A stretch of DNA of 62,476 nucleotides from Gekko japonicus (Eukaryota): NCBI RefSeq assembly GCF_001447785.1, contig NW_015159739.1, positions 84,534-147,009 on the forward strand, given 5' to 3'. Each line of letters begins with the position of its first letter. Position 1 is the first letter of the stretch. The position numbers and the translations under genes were made by a program. Below, in pieces: positions 49,035 through 61,398 of this stretch. The notes under the pieces were generated by a model that was not told where the DNA came from, did no database searches, and worked only from the letters and a program-made list of their open reading frames with translations.

Positions 49035-52000
49035 TTTAATTAAATGTTACTATTTTATTTGTGAAAAAACTACAAGCAGAATTCATAAATAGACATTTCT
49101 ATTTAAAGCAGGAAAATGATAAAGTGGCTTCTAATAACAGTCGTGCACATGCCGGTAACAGGAATATATTAACATCTTTTATTTGCTAGACAAAGAGCAG
49201 TGTCCAATATAAATTTCCCGAAAACATTTAAGACCTGTGAATTTTTCTGACCAGTTCACAAAACCACCATTGACACTTTTAGCATGAAGATTAAAAACAA
49301 ACCTAACAGGACTGTCAGCTCTAAAGACTTTACAGAGCAGAAAACTTCCAAAAGCGTTATACAAGCTGTCTTTCTGGGCAAATGAAAAATATAGCTCGTA
49401 TAATACATCAACATAAAAATCCACAAGATAAAATTATGTCTTGACATACTTAAACAAGCATTCTCTATTTGTCGCCAAACAAACAAAGCTAAAGAAATAA
49501 TGTAACCATCTTTACACAGTAAATTAAGGTTACAAGTCATACACAAGAACAGAACTGCTTGCGCATTAAAAACTGTTCAGCTCCATTGTCATATTCTAAA
49601 TGTTGGCTCTTAAATCATTTTTCCCCCCGGTTACATACAAGCAAAGGTTATTATAGTCAGCAATTACTAAATCTCCAATAATTTATGTTTACTGTTGTTT
49701 AAAAAGTAGACTGAGAATGATATTGATAAGGCAGGTGGAAGAGTTTCTCAATGAATATAGCTACTGACAAATTTTTAAATCTGGGGATTTTTTAAGTAAG
49801 CAAAGTGCTTTCAATTAAAATTGTTCATCTTAAATGCTCTTTACTGTTCCCTTTGCATGACTACGTCCAACTGAGCAAGTCAGGCAAGCTGTTGTGTATA
49901 TGGGTGTGCACGCATGTGTGTATGTGAAGTGTAAAAATTGAAACTTGCAAAATGTTAACACTGTGCTTTTTCCTTGCCTGCTCTCTGTGCCACTGGCTAC
50001 CGAGCGTTTCTGGCCCTTTCTCTATACTAGTGTTTCAAACATGCTCTCCAACTACCATATGGCAAACTGAAATGCAGATAAGTGAAGGGAATTCCATTTT
50101 AAGACATCATGCCACTTTTTAAGGGTATTGTCCATCACAGGGGTAAGTAGAAAAGCAGATTGACAACGCAACAGCTAAAAATGCGGCCCAAGAAAGTTTG
50201 AATGCTTAGCTGACAATTTCAACCAAATGCAGCTTCAGTCAGTCCACTTGTGCCAAAGACAGATTTGCATACTTTTCACCTAGCAATCTAACGTATCACA
50301 GAGGCACACGTTAAGAAAAAGAAAAGAAAACCCAAAGAGGATTCCACTGAATTGGTAAGCCAATGAGTAGCTCATTTACCTTTAAAGCTTTTACCACCTA
50401 ATCTAAGGGGCATGTTTCACTGGGCGCAACCCAATAGTTCACTGGGCGCAACCAACCCACCCCAGCTGCTGTGTAACGTTTGAATGGCAGCCCACGCAAA
50501 GCTACACAAAGAGGAATGGAGGATGCAGAGCAACAGTGCTTGGTGGGTGGTGTCTGCCATGTAATTTTCTCAGCATACCACACTGCATTTCCCCCCCTGC
50601 ACCAAGGCCTTATTCTACAGAACCACTGAAGAAAAGACACCATTTGTCTACACAGGTGCCCTTCCCTCGCCCACAGAACAGGCCGGCTGGAAAGCGCCCA
50701 AATGCACACAGGCCTAATTCATTCTGGTTCACTTCATTTAAAAAAACTGTGCAAAATACACACATCTGGGACTAAGTTCAAACATCTCTTTAAAAATTAA
50801 AAAATTTTCTCCAAAAAATAAATATGGCTGACCAAATTTACCCTCCCTGAGATCCTTTAAAGGAATAGTAAAACTTGGAAAAGGAATGTCTTTACAATAT
50901 CATATCAATGTTAAAAAGGTGGACCAATGTGGACTATTAAAAACTACAGTTAATATTGTGTTTCAGGAGCTTATGAGAATCGTCTGGTTTTCCTTTGGTT
51001 CTTTTTTTCTTTTTCAATAAATACTTTAATAATAGGATTTCAAAGAACAAAAAAAATTAGATACAAGAACAATTTAACAAGGAACGCACCATATTCAGAA
51101 TCAAACTGCAGCTGCAAAGGCACTGCTCTGCTTCTCCACTGCTTTGAGCAGAGTTGGTTTATTCAGTTAAGCACAGGCTGAAATTTAAACATTGATGTGA
51201 AAGGAGCTTGTGTCTGCTAGTTAAAACTGAGCTGATAAAATGCAACAATTTCATTGCCTCCACACAACAGAAATAATTTATATTTTTCAAGCAAGTAATT
51301 AGTATAGTCATTTGTCTAGCACCAAGTTCTGGCAAGTGGCCCTTTGAGCATAAACACCCACACAGGATCCGTTTTGATAGAAATGGGAGAAAAGGTTGCT
51401 GAAATTACAGCAAAGCACTCTGGGTCGCCTAAAAAAGCATACACAATGAGAACTTGAAGTTTGTTGTTGTTATTGTTTTAAAAAGTGTTCCATCTCTTCA
51501 TTCTAGTGTTTTAAGCCGGGCACCACACAAGCTAGGTAAAACTGCAACATAACTCTAAAGGGGCTGGAAGGAAGCTGACGTCAGAACGGCTGTCTAGCAA
51601 GAATCAAAATTACCCATCATCCAGTTGCCCCCTTACCAGAATGAAAAAGTTCTTCACAACTTCAGCTTGCATGGCAGGATTATCTAGACAGGTCAAAACA
51701 CCAGTAATCCCAACACATCACTGGGTGACAGGCTATTTTTTTTTTTAAAATCACTCTGAGAATACACAATGAATTAATTAAAAACAAAAGAGCACAGAGA
51801 CAGACGTGAAAGATCTGCATGGAGAACAAGCCATATGACATCAGATCACATAGTAATTTTGCTATACTAGCTGCGGGGAGAGCAGCTGGCATCTTTAAGG
51901 CTCCCTTTTGCTCTAAACAATAAAAACCGACAATACCTCCTCTCCCCCTACAGATATTGAAATGTTACCCCCATAATCAATACAGATCTGGATGATGGCT

Positions 52001-53038
52001 ACAGTTACAGAACACCGTACTCACATGGGGCAGGTTATGCAAAACTAGGCAATGTTAATGTGTAGCCATCCTGTACATTAATACTAGGCATTCAGAAACA
52101 AGCGTGACTCGTGGCCATTAAAATGTGTACACTGCCATAGGACAAGGCTGGAGATTTATCGTTTTTAGATATCCTACTAGAAATGCAAGTGACTTGGAGC
52201 ACCTTTTAGATTTCAAAAACAGAACAGAAAATAAGAAAATAGACATCTTTGTCCAGTACTCTTCAGCCAAAGCACAAGAAGGAAGCCAGGTCCTGTTTCG
52301 GTTTGAACCTTCAGGAACACTCTGTTCATTTATGACTAGTTCTGGTCCAGTTTCAGCTCTTTCCAAAGGGCACGCACTGTCCCAGATCTTAAATTGTTTC
52401 GCTTCACAGTGTTTCAAGCACCAGCGTTTCCATGTATTGGTTTCAAATAACCCTATATAATTTTTATTTATATATATTTATATATTTATATATAATTTAT
52501 ATCAAAACTGATAGTACACAGTATAACTGGAAGAAGAAGGGGAACTGAAGTCAAAACAGGATATGTTGAAAAAACAAGGATGGAGTTTGTGGATGCAATA
52601 AATAAAAGAACTCTCCTACAGCCCTCTCCCTCCCACTTACCTCACATTTCCTCACCCACCAAAAAACAAACAAAAAGGTTGCAATGTTCATGGAAAAAAT
52701 TGTGCACAGCAGATTTATAAAAAAGTAGAGTCAAGAGCACATCCAATTATAAATGATTGTTAGGAAAATCATATAAAACAATGGAATACATAAGTGTCAA
52801 AAAGTTATTTTCAGGGTGCGAAATTCCTTGCTGGCCAGATGCCCACAGCCAGTACAAATGATCCTGGTGTCATCTGTTACGAGGAGAGGTCCAAAAAACA
52901 TGTCGAATCTCAAGAAGAAGCAGAAGAGATGGAAGCGGCACTGGAACTGTCCCTGGATGACTACAGCCTAGTGGACAAGTGGAGTATTTGAATTTCATAC
53001 CCTGATTTCATAAGTTTCCCACAATTCCATGTGCAATT
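49035..53038 (-). other. RYBP: RYBP long 3' UTR (~4 kb) with candidate AATAAA signals at 49183-49178 and 49059-49054
   Basis: AT-rich stretch after the stop codon with no recognisable transposon, ending at two minus-strand AATAAA hexamers; RYBP is known to have a multi-kb 3' UTR. The exact end is inferred. Confidence 0.65.
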
Positions 53039-53291
53039 TCAGAAAGATTCGTCATTGACTGCGGACATGTCGCCCTTTGGCGTAGAGGAGCGGGACGAAC
53101 CCTTGTCTGTGCTCTCGGATCCCGAGCTGCTCTGATTCTGCTGTTCTGATCCTGCACTGGAGGTCACTGTGGATGATGATGTGGAAGAAGAGCGAGTCTT
53201 TTCTTTAAAGTCTGTGATAATTACTGTGACATTTCCCACTGTGACTGCCAGCTGCTGGGCGGTACTTCTGTCCACGTTTTTCAGTCTGGGC
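53039..53291 (-). CDS. RYBP: RYBP last coding exon (YAF2/RYBP C-terminal RING1B-binding motif)
   Basis: Acceptor ...aatttaag|G; encodes [83 protein letters not shown], essentially the known RYBP C-terminus; TGA at 53041-53039. Confidence 0.97.
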
Positions 53292-54636
53292 CTTAAATTT
53301 TAAAAAAGAGAGAGAGACCCATTATAAATAACAGAGTAGCCTTCTGTTACTACATTTTTCTCAGCTAGCTTACAAGGATCCCTTCTAAAGGGAGTTGAGG
53401 GCCAGTCCAATGATGAATGAACGTATACTGAACAACATGACTGTTCTTCCTTCCCCCCCAACTGACCTTTTGCTCCTTTTAAAATGCTCAGTCCATCAGC
53501 ATGCTCAATCCCCAGAATGCACGTGTGGCTGAGGAATAAATTCTTGGAGGTTAGCAGAGGTAGGAAGTTCTCCTCTATTCCACCCAGCCACAAAGAACAG
53601 TAAAGACAGAGCTACACAAGTATCGAGAAAGCCTCAGGGTACCTTGGTGGATACAAGGATTTCATGCTTGGAATTCGTCATCTTCTTGTGTGCCCCAAAG
53701 CTGTGACTTTGCAATACTAAGCCACGAAAAAAGCATCTGAAAGAGGCACTGTCATTTGCATAGAGGATTTCTGCCATTCAAACACCACAGGCACCAGCAC
53801 AACTTGGTGACTTTTTGCAACGGCTGACAGCCCATGTAGAAACAGCCCATGTAGAAAACTGTTCAAATAGTCTCTTCTGAATATGGCTACTGAAAACAAG
53901 CCCAAGAAATGCATGTAGTATGCAGAAGCAGATTAATAAAAAGAAATGGTATTTTATTTTAAATTCGAGGACCCTTTTCATGTTTTGCGTCATGCTTTTG
54001 TGCAGTCATTAAGCCAGCAAATAAAGCACAGACTGCCACTCACATGAGTGTCTGCAACCACCTAGGGTTCTTTAGTCACAACAGCTCTGGATGGTGGAGA
54101 ATGCCAAATCAGTTCACTAGCTGGGAGGTCAAAATTCCCTGCTGTTGCACCTGAAGAACCAAAGCAGAGCAACAAAGAAGACCTGAAGAAAACAAATGGC
54201 TGTTGCTGTTTTTAAAGAACCAAAGCATCCACTCCACCAGATTAAGGGGTTGGCTTTCATGTACAAGAGTTACTGTCGCTGGAACCAGTAATATTATATG
54301 AAGAGGGCTTATTTTTGTAGGCATTCCAAGAAGGTTAATTCAAAGGCAATCTTGTCCAACACTGGCTGATCTGCAGAGCTGGCCTTCCAACTGCCCCGGT
54401 CCAAGAAATAGTGGCCGAAACACTCCCTTGCAAGAGAGCAATGGCTTGGTCATTAGCTTCAGCATACAGAAGCACTCTTTTTTCAGTCCACTACTGCAGG
54501 CTTGGAAATGTTTACCCAGCCTACAGCCCACAAGGGAGACAGTTCTGTTTCTTCAATGGCCCCTGCATCTCATCTTGTTTGGAAGACAACTCCCCAAATT
54601 GCTTTGCTTCTCTAACCTTCAGGTCTACTCTTTTAC

Positions 54637-54788
54637 GGCTGCTGCCACACACACTAAGTAATCCACTTTCAATCCACTTTCAGTGCACTTTCAAAGTGGA
54701 GTTTTACTGTGTGAACTGGCAAAATCCACTTTGAAAGTGCACTGAAAGTGGATTGAAAGTGGATTACTTAGCGTGTGTGGCAGCAGCC
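54637..54788. mobile_element. PIF/Harbinger-like palindromic MITE in the last RYBP intron
   Basis: ~64-bp near-perfect inverted arms starting GGCTGCTGCCACAC; 3-bp TSD TAC. Confidence 0.8.
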
Positions 54789-56234
54789 TACCATACTCAT
54801 TATAGTAGGGTAGAAAATGACCAAAACATCATGCAGCAAGAGACTCAGTGTACTTATTAGGCGGAAGCTCCGAAATACCCAGAAATTCACTTTTTCACTG
54901 TCTCTTGGCTTGAATACTGCCTCTAAATGTCCTAGTAGGTTTTTTTGCAATCAGTTCATGGGAAGGATAATGAGAGAGATGTAATCTGGGTGTGCGCTAT
55001 ATTTTATTCACACACAATATCAAAACATAGAAAGAAACAGAAGCTACAGTCCAAATTAGGCAGGCACACAACTCTAATTTTCCTTCAAGCCCTATGGTAC
55101 TTGATGAGTGTTCAACTCTACAAAGATTATAAACAGAAGGAACATCCAGTGCTGTGTAATACTAAAAATATTATAATCCTATTACTCTACAACTGCCAGC
55201 ATAGTAGCTTTGCATTTAAGGTAAGCGGAAATAGTAGCCATGCATAGCAAACTAGAGCCAGGAAAACTCAATTTACCGCTACAATTCAGACTGCATTTTT
55301 TGCACCCAAGAAAAGGCCAGGAGAGAAAAAGGAAGTTGCTGTAAAGGGTGGTTCTACTCTCTTGATTTCTCTGACAGGGGCTGCTTTTCCTTGCTCTTAA
55401 TCCTCTCAACTGACTGCACAGCTGCCACCAAGGGCTGCTGTAATGGTGGCTGGGAAGTGGTATCTTCTTGTTTACCCAAAGGGCAAGTCAACAGAAAGAA
55501 GGAGGCTTCCCAGCCACTGACATTACATGACCCTCATCTGAATGGGAGGAATGGAGCAAAACACAAAAACATGCACACTTACTGCTTTGATCTGAGTACT
55601 AGAATTCAAAATGCATGCACAGTGCACCAAAGTGCAAAAAAGCCTCACAGAAAATACAACTTATGCTTTCCATTTTGCTGTTAGATCCAAAGCCTTTAAA
55701 GCAGGCTGCAGGAGGAATCCCACAAGAAGGATGGCCTTGCAAGCACAGAAGGGCTACCCGTCCCCAACCTGGTAGCCCAGGAACACACTTAGGCCTAGGA
55801 TGCTCTGTGATTAATTCAAACTCTGTATTTATTATCCAACAGAGAATCATAAGCTTAAACCCTATGCATTTGAAATGTTGAATTTAGATCAGCCCTAGTT
55901 AAAATGAAAGTACGGCAGAAAAATGACAGTTTGGCATTAGGCAAATTCTTGAGTCTCCATTCACTACACTTTTGAAAAGAAAGGGGCTAAGAACACTTAC
56001 TACTAGATTTTTAAAAATACAGAACTGGAAAAGACATCTGGTCCAACCATACCTATTCTTGACCCTGCCGCCGCACCCCCCCCCCTTAAGTAATTCATTG
56101 GGTGGAAGGAAAAGTTAAATGCTCGAGATCACTATCCTGGTAGAAAATGCCTTCCCTTACCATACAGAGATAATCAGTCAGACCAAGAAGCTAATTGAGG
56201 AAGACTATACTCAGGAAATTCTGTATTAAATTAC

Positions 56235-56333
56235 CTTGAGGTGTGATTTGAATCACTGGTCTTTGTTGTTGTATTCCCAGACTGTATGCTGTTTGCTTCA
56301 CTTGGTGGATCTTTCACAATATCTGACTTTGGT
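56235..56333 (-). CDS. RYBP: RYBP internal coding exon (99 bp)
   Basis: ttttctcttctctttcag acceptor, gtaat donor; encodes PKSDIVKDPPSEANSIQSGNTTTKTSDSNHTS, in phase with both neighbours. This segment is in RYBP but not in the paralogue YAF2. Confidence 0.95.
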
Positions 56334-56849
56334 CTGAAAGAGAAGAGAAAACTGAATACTAGGAGGGCACTGTACTTTTAAAGAACATAAGTTCTGAAAA
56401 CTGGGATAACTAATATCATGGAGGGTGTGTGTGTGTTTATACACACACAAAGCCAAACAACAAAAACAAAAACCTTGTACAACCCTCACACCCATCAATA
56501 AAAACACAGGAAGACTAGGAGAAGGGAAATTTCTTATAAGGTCCTACACATAGTATCAATGTGCCTCTTCAATCTCAGCTACTCTGGGAAGAAGATAAAG
56601 AGCAATAAAAATTTAGATGCAGCAGCACAGAAAGAGCCAAGTCACATGAATCAAGAACTGGTGGCAGTAAGAGAGAGGAAAGTGATTGGGGATCAAGGGG
56701 AAACTAAGGAGTCACTGGATATTTGAGGCACCTAGTAGGGATTTTAACTAGGGAAACTGGGGGGGCACATCAGATTAGATCATTTGCAAAGGGGTACAAA
56801 GCTAAGAGGTTAGGAATTTCTAATTTGGATGGATGGCCCAGAAACATAC

Positions 56850-57026
56850 TTAGTCTTCTTGTTGGTACTCTTCTTTATAACACTTTGACTAATTTCTTTT
56901 TCTTTGTCTGGCTTTTTCTCTTCCTGCTTTTCCACCTTCTCTTTCTTCTCCTTTTTAGGAGGTGGTGGGGTAGCATATTGCTGAGCAACTTGTTGTGCAA
57001 CAAGCTGAGAATTTATCCTAGGTTTC
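56850..57026 (-). CDS. RYBP: RYBP internal coding exon (177 bp)
   Basis: AG acceptor at 57028-57027, GT donor at 56849-56848; encodes [58 protein letters not shown], matching vertebrate RYBP just after the RanBP2-type zinc finger. Upstream exons lie beyond the window. Confidence 0.95.
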
Positions 57027-60000
57027 CTATGATGTGAAAAGAAATAAAAAAGGGATACTCATTGTCAGTGACTTTATTAAAACAAATGGCTCACTGCAGC
57101 AGAAGCATTAGTAAAACAAGTATTTCATCAAACAAGGAATGTCTGGTGTTAACCAGCAAATGTGTTAAGTCCACAATTTTAAAACGGCACTCTCTCACAA
57201 ATGTTAACTTTATCGTTCGTACTGCCCAATCACTTTCTGAATAACTCTTATATGTAAAATTAGGAGTTCTGCGATCACTTCTTTTAGAGAAAGTCTCTTT
57301 AGGATTAAATGTGACCGCTCAGGAACTGGAATTTAGCACACAGTGCTCATCTATGAAATTAACCTTCCCATTTTCAAATAAACCAACATGCCTAGCAATC
57401 ACAGAAGAAGTACAATTTTAAAAGTCTGGACATGAAAACATGCTGAAGAGGCCAGTGAAAGCCATGAAACTCACACACTGTCTGTACTTTGAAGTGTTAT
57501 GCTAACTGACCCAGGCTGCTTGTACTGTTTCATCAAATGGACACTGGTAAATTGTTAAATACAGAAAACAGAGTTAGTAATGTCTCATTCAACTGTAATT
57601 ATTCAAAACAAATCCTTCTTTCCTAAAGCTGTGAGCCTGACATTCGCAACAGAGAGACTGTCAATCAGAGCAAATCTAAAACAAATGGTACATTCAATGT
57701 GTCTTTAGCAGTTCTCTCTGTGCCAGACTCCCACTGGTACTGCTTCTCAATAATACTGTCTGCAACCTTCCACAATTACAAACCTGCAAGAATAAGGAGA
57801 AAGCAGCAAAACTGGAAAGTACTCTCATTAGGTTCTGAATTAAAAGTTGAACTTAAAACTGAGAATGGCCAGACATGCACTATAACTAGAAATCTGTAGT
57901 CCATTGGTCCAATGTACAACCAGGCCAAAAAGCACTTGGAGATGACACTGGTGATTTCTAACAATGACCCCTCCAAACAGCATGTGCTGCAGTAGAGAGT
58001 ATAATTTGGGCAAGGTGCACTAAGAGGATTTCTGTCATATAATGAGTAGCAAAACACATTTCAAGAAAGGAAAGGTAGCAGACGTGGCATTTTTTTAATG
58101 GATCCCTTAGCTTCATGCTCGATTTAATGCATTTCAAAAATCATTATTTAGATACTACAGCCCTTTCTAGCACTTCAAGAAGTTGGTGTCACTCAAGAGT
58201 AACTCAGAGATTTCTACATCTTTTAACGTTTTAACTATTTAGAGATGTGCAGGAATGGAGTACAAGAGAAAACCTCTTTTCATTTAAAACATATTTCTAA
58301 TGGCAATTTATCTCCCAATTGGTATTCAAATGTTCAGAATGCTTGAACTCATGTTGCCATTATTCTTCCCTGTGCTCACCTAACTCTGCTACTTTCTTCA
58401 TTTTCAAGGGGCTTTGCTCTACACCCCTTTCTAATCTAAACCGCACTCCTAAATTTACATACTTAACTCACTGCCTTAGGAATCTTTTTTTCTTAAAAAG
58501 GGTTTTAAAATAAATAAATATACGTAAATATTCCTCACTGAAATCACGGAGGCCAGGGCTGTTCCTTGAGTAAGGTAAATTGGATTGACCACCCTATACT
58601 TTAGAGGAGACATAGCCAGTGGTTGCACTGATGGGCTACGGCTCGATGACTAGGGACATGAGCTGTGGCAGTTGCTCATGCGAAGGAAGAAGAGACACTA
58701 CAGTGTTGTTCTCATGGATTAGGATAACCACACTGTCCTCCTTTAACTGGATTCATACAAGGAAGGTAAGTAAGAGCTAGTCCGTCCTGGGCCACACACC
58801 TTCCTAAAGCTGCTTCCAAGTCAACCCAATCAGGGCTGGATTGACAAGAGTTAAAGTTTGCACAGTCATGGTTCAGTCAAAAGACAGACAGAGCCGACAG
58901 TGCAATTAGGAGATGATTACCGCCTCTGATTTTTGTGAGTTCTGAATTAGGTCCTACTTGCCACTCACTGTTCAAGAAACGTTACTAATCATCAGACAAA
59001 GCCTTTGAATCTACATAGGCATAAAGAGCAGCACACACAAAAAAATTCTCATTTGCTGTGGGTAATCATAATTAACTATCACCTTTTGCAAAGCAGACTG
59101 ATTGGGCAATACAGTTTGAATATTGCAGATTATGTCCGTAAAGCAATCTGCAAGAAACAAGAAATCTCTGAACAGCTCACACTACTCCATTTAGATTATC
59201 CTAACCACACCAGGTAATGCCTGTGCTTAAAACAGGAGCTTTGGGGGTAAACTGATGATGTGAACTACAGAAGTAAAAGTAGGAAAGTAAGATTCAGATC
59301 TGTGATCAGATTACCTCAAACTTTTTTTACCACTTTGCAAAACAGTGATTTGCTTTTCTGGAGATGCACAGCACATTCTTTTCAGTACAATTTGAATTAC
59401 CAACACCATACAAGAAATAAAACCCAGAGAATCCACAAAATGCCCAGCACAATATCTGCTTTGTAGTCTTCAAAATATGACAATGATCAGCCTTAGGAAA
59501 CAAACTTTACACAAAAACTGCAAAATGAATAATATAGTGAGCTGATCTTTATTTAGGTCAGGCTTACCAACTAACTGTTTTGCCTGTAAAAAATAAGAAG
59601 TGTTTCAGCTGATCAGGGAGAGAAGCTTTCTAAAACTACTTTATTTTTTCCACTTTTAAAGCACAGATGAATAAGCAGACAGGCCACTAAATTTCTTTGT
59701 GGACTAGTAACAGATGTGGGATTACAAATAAATGTGACTTATGTAGCAAAAGAAACTACATTAATTTGCAAATACTGACAAGAGACAACCCGTCTCCCCC
59801 ACCCACCCCCGCCCCTTGGTGCATTTGATACTTAAGTGTTAGACATCTTAATAGGACACAGTAATGTTATCGGTAAATCTGGAATTGGAGGGAGAGTATG
59901 AAGGAATGCTGCTAAAAGAAACCAGGAGGGAAACTGAATAAACCTAGGCACAAGTAGTGATCTTGTTTCTTTAAAAGAACAAAAGCAAACTGTTTAACGG

Positions 60001-61398
60001 GGTACCTTACCAAAACAATAGATTATGCAATAAAACTAAAAGGGGAAAGTTCTTTCTCATTTCAGAAAACTACATAAAGTTAGTCTGCATTTCTTGCAAA
60101 TAAGAAAACACCCCCAAGTGAATATACTACATAAAAAGCCTTCTAATCTAAAGTAAACACAACTTTTCATCATGAACTGCGTAATTATATTACTACAAAG
60201 TTATAGCAGGTAAAGACTATATTTCTTAGGAAACAGGGCAAACACAAATACATATTTATACAGAATTTAACCTATAGAATGTAAAAAATACAACCAAGTC
60301 CATAGCCATGCCACCAAGCTGTGAATTTAAACTATTTTCTTTTCTTCAGTGCAAATTAAACGCTGGCACTATGCCACCTGCCTGCCATATAGAAATGTAA
60401 AAATTCTGGAAGAAATGCAGCTGTGTATGTAAAAAAAGTAAAAATGTTGGGAAAAACTAAAACACATACAATACTTATTTCATTAGCAATCTAAACTTAT
60501 TGTTCTGGATGGACCCTGCAATACATCAACTGAAGGTGCTGATGGTTGTGGATCTTTCCGATGTTCCCCTCCTTTCAGCAGTCCTTTGGGACCCCAGGAG
60601 AGTTTATTCCAGCATGCCTGGAAGAGGAAGAAAGGGTAACCCCCCCGCCCCCCCCGGGCAGCTTCCTGAGCCGTGTGGCTACTGGTCCACATGGGTCTAG
60701 CCATCCCATAAATAAACGTCTGCTGCTTTCGAACGGACTACTGCTGAGAGGGGAACAGGGGAGAGATTCATTTGGTCAACCCATTATCAATATAACTTGG
60801 CTCGCAAGTTGTATTCTTTGGTACATACATTAAACTTAAAAGTAAAAAAGCCCTAATGTTACTCAAAGGACAATTATAAATATGTTTCATGATTTATTAA
60901 TTTATGGGATTTTTATTCTACCCTCCCCAAACGGGCTCAGGGCGGATCGTTACAATAAAAGCACATTAATGTTAGACATGTAGCAACAGGCATCAAAGCT
61001 TATCTTAGAAGAAAATAAAAAGAGTTGAAAACAGAAGCAGCTGACATTGGTGTAAACAAATGAGTTTTATTATCTAAGCTTAGAAACATAGAAAACATTA
61101 TCTTGACATCTAGTAATAAGCCTGCAACACCTGTTCACAAAAGGTTACAGGGCTGAATATGCACAACACAAGCAATGATTCCTCTTTCAAACTACTTCCA
61201 AGTGTGTATTGGGGGGTGGGGATACTATGCCTACAGCCTAATAATGGTATTAAGCACTATCAGAAAAATCTAGATACCAAATTTAACACACTGAACTTGT
61301 AACAAAACCTTGAGCCAGTCTTGGATGGGTCACCATACCAAGTAAATTTGGACTTGTGGCTCACCATACCGGAAAGGTTTGGAATCATTTGTCTAGGG

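Noticed and set aside
53039-57026. YAF2 as alternative gene identity
   Set aside because: The PKSDIVKDPPSEANS exon, [13 protein letters not shown] and the AVNDESF terminus are characteristic of RYBP.
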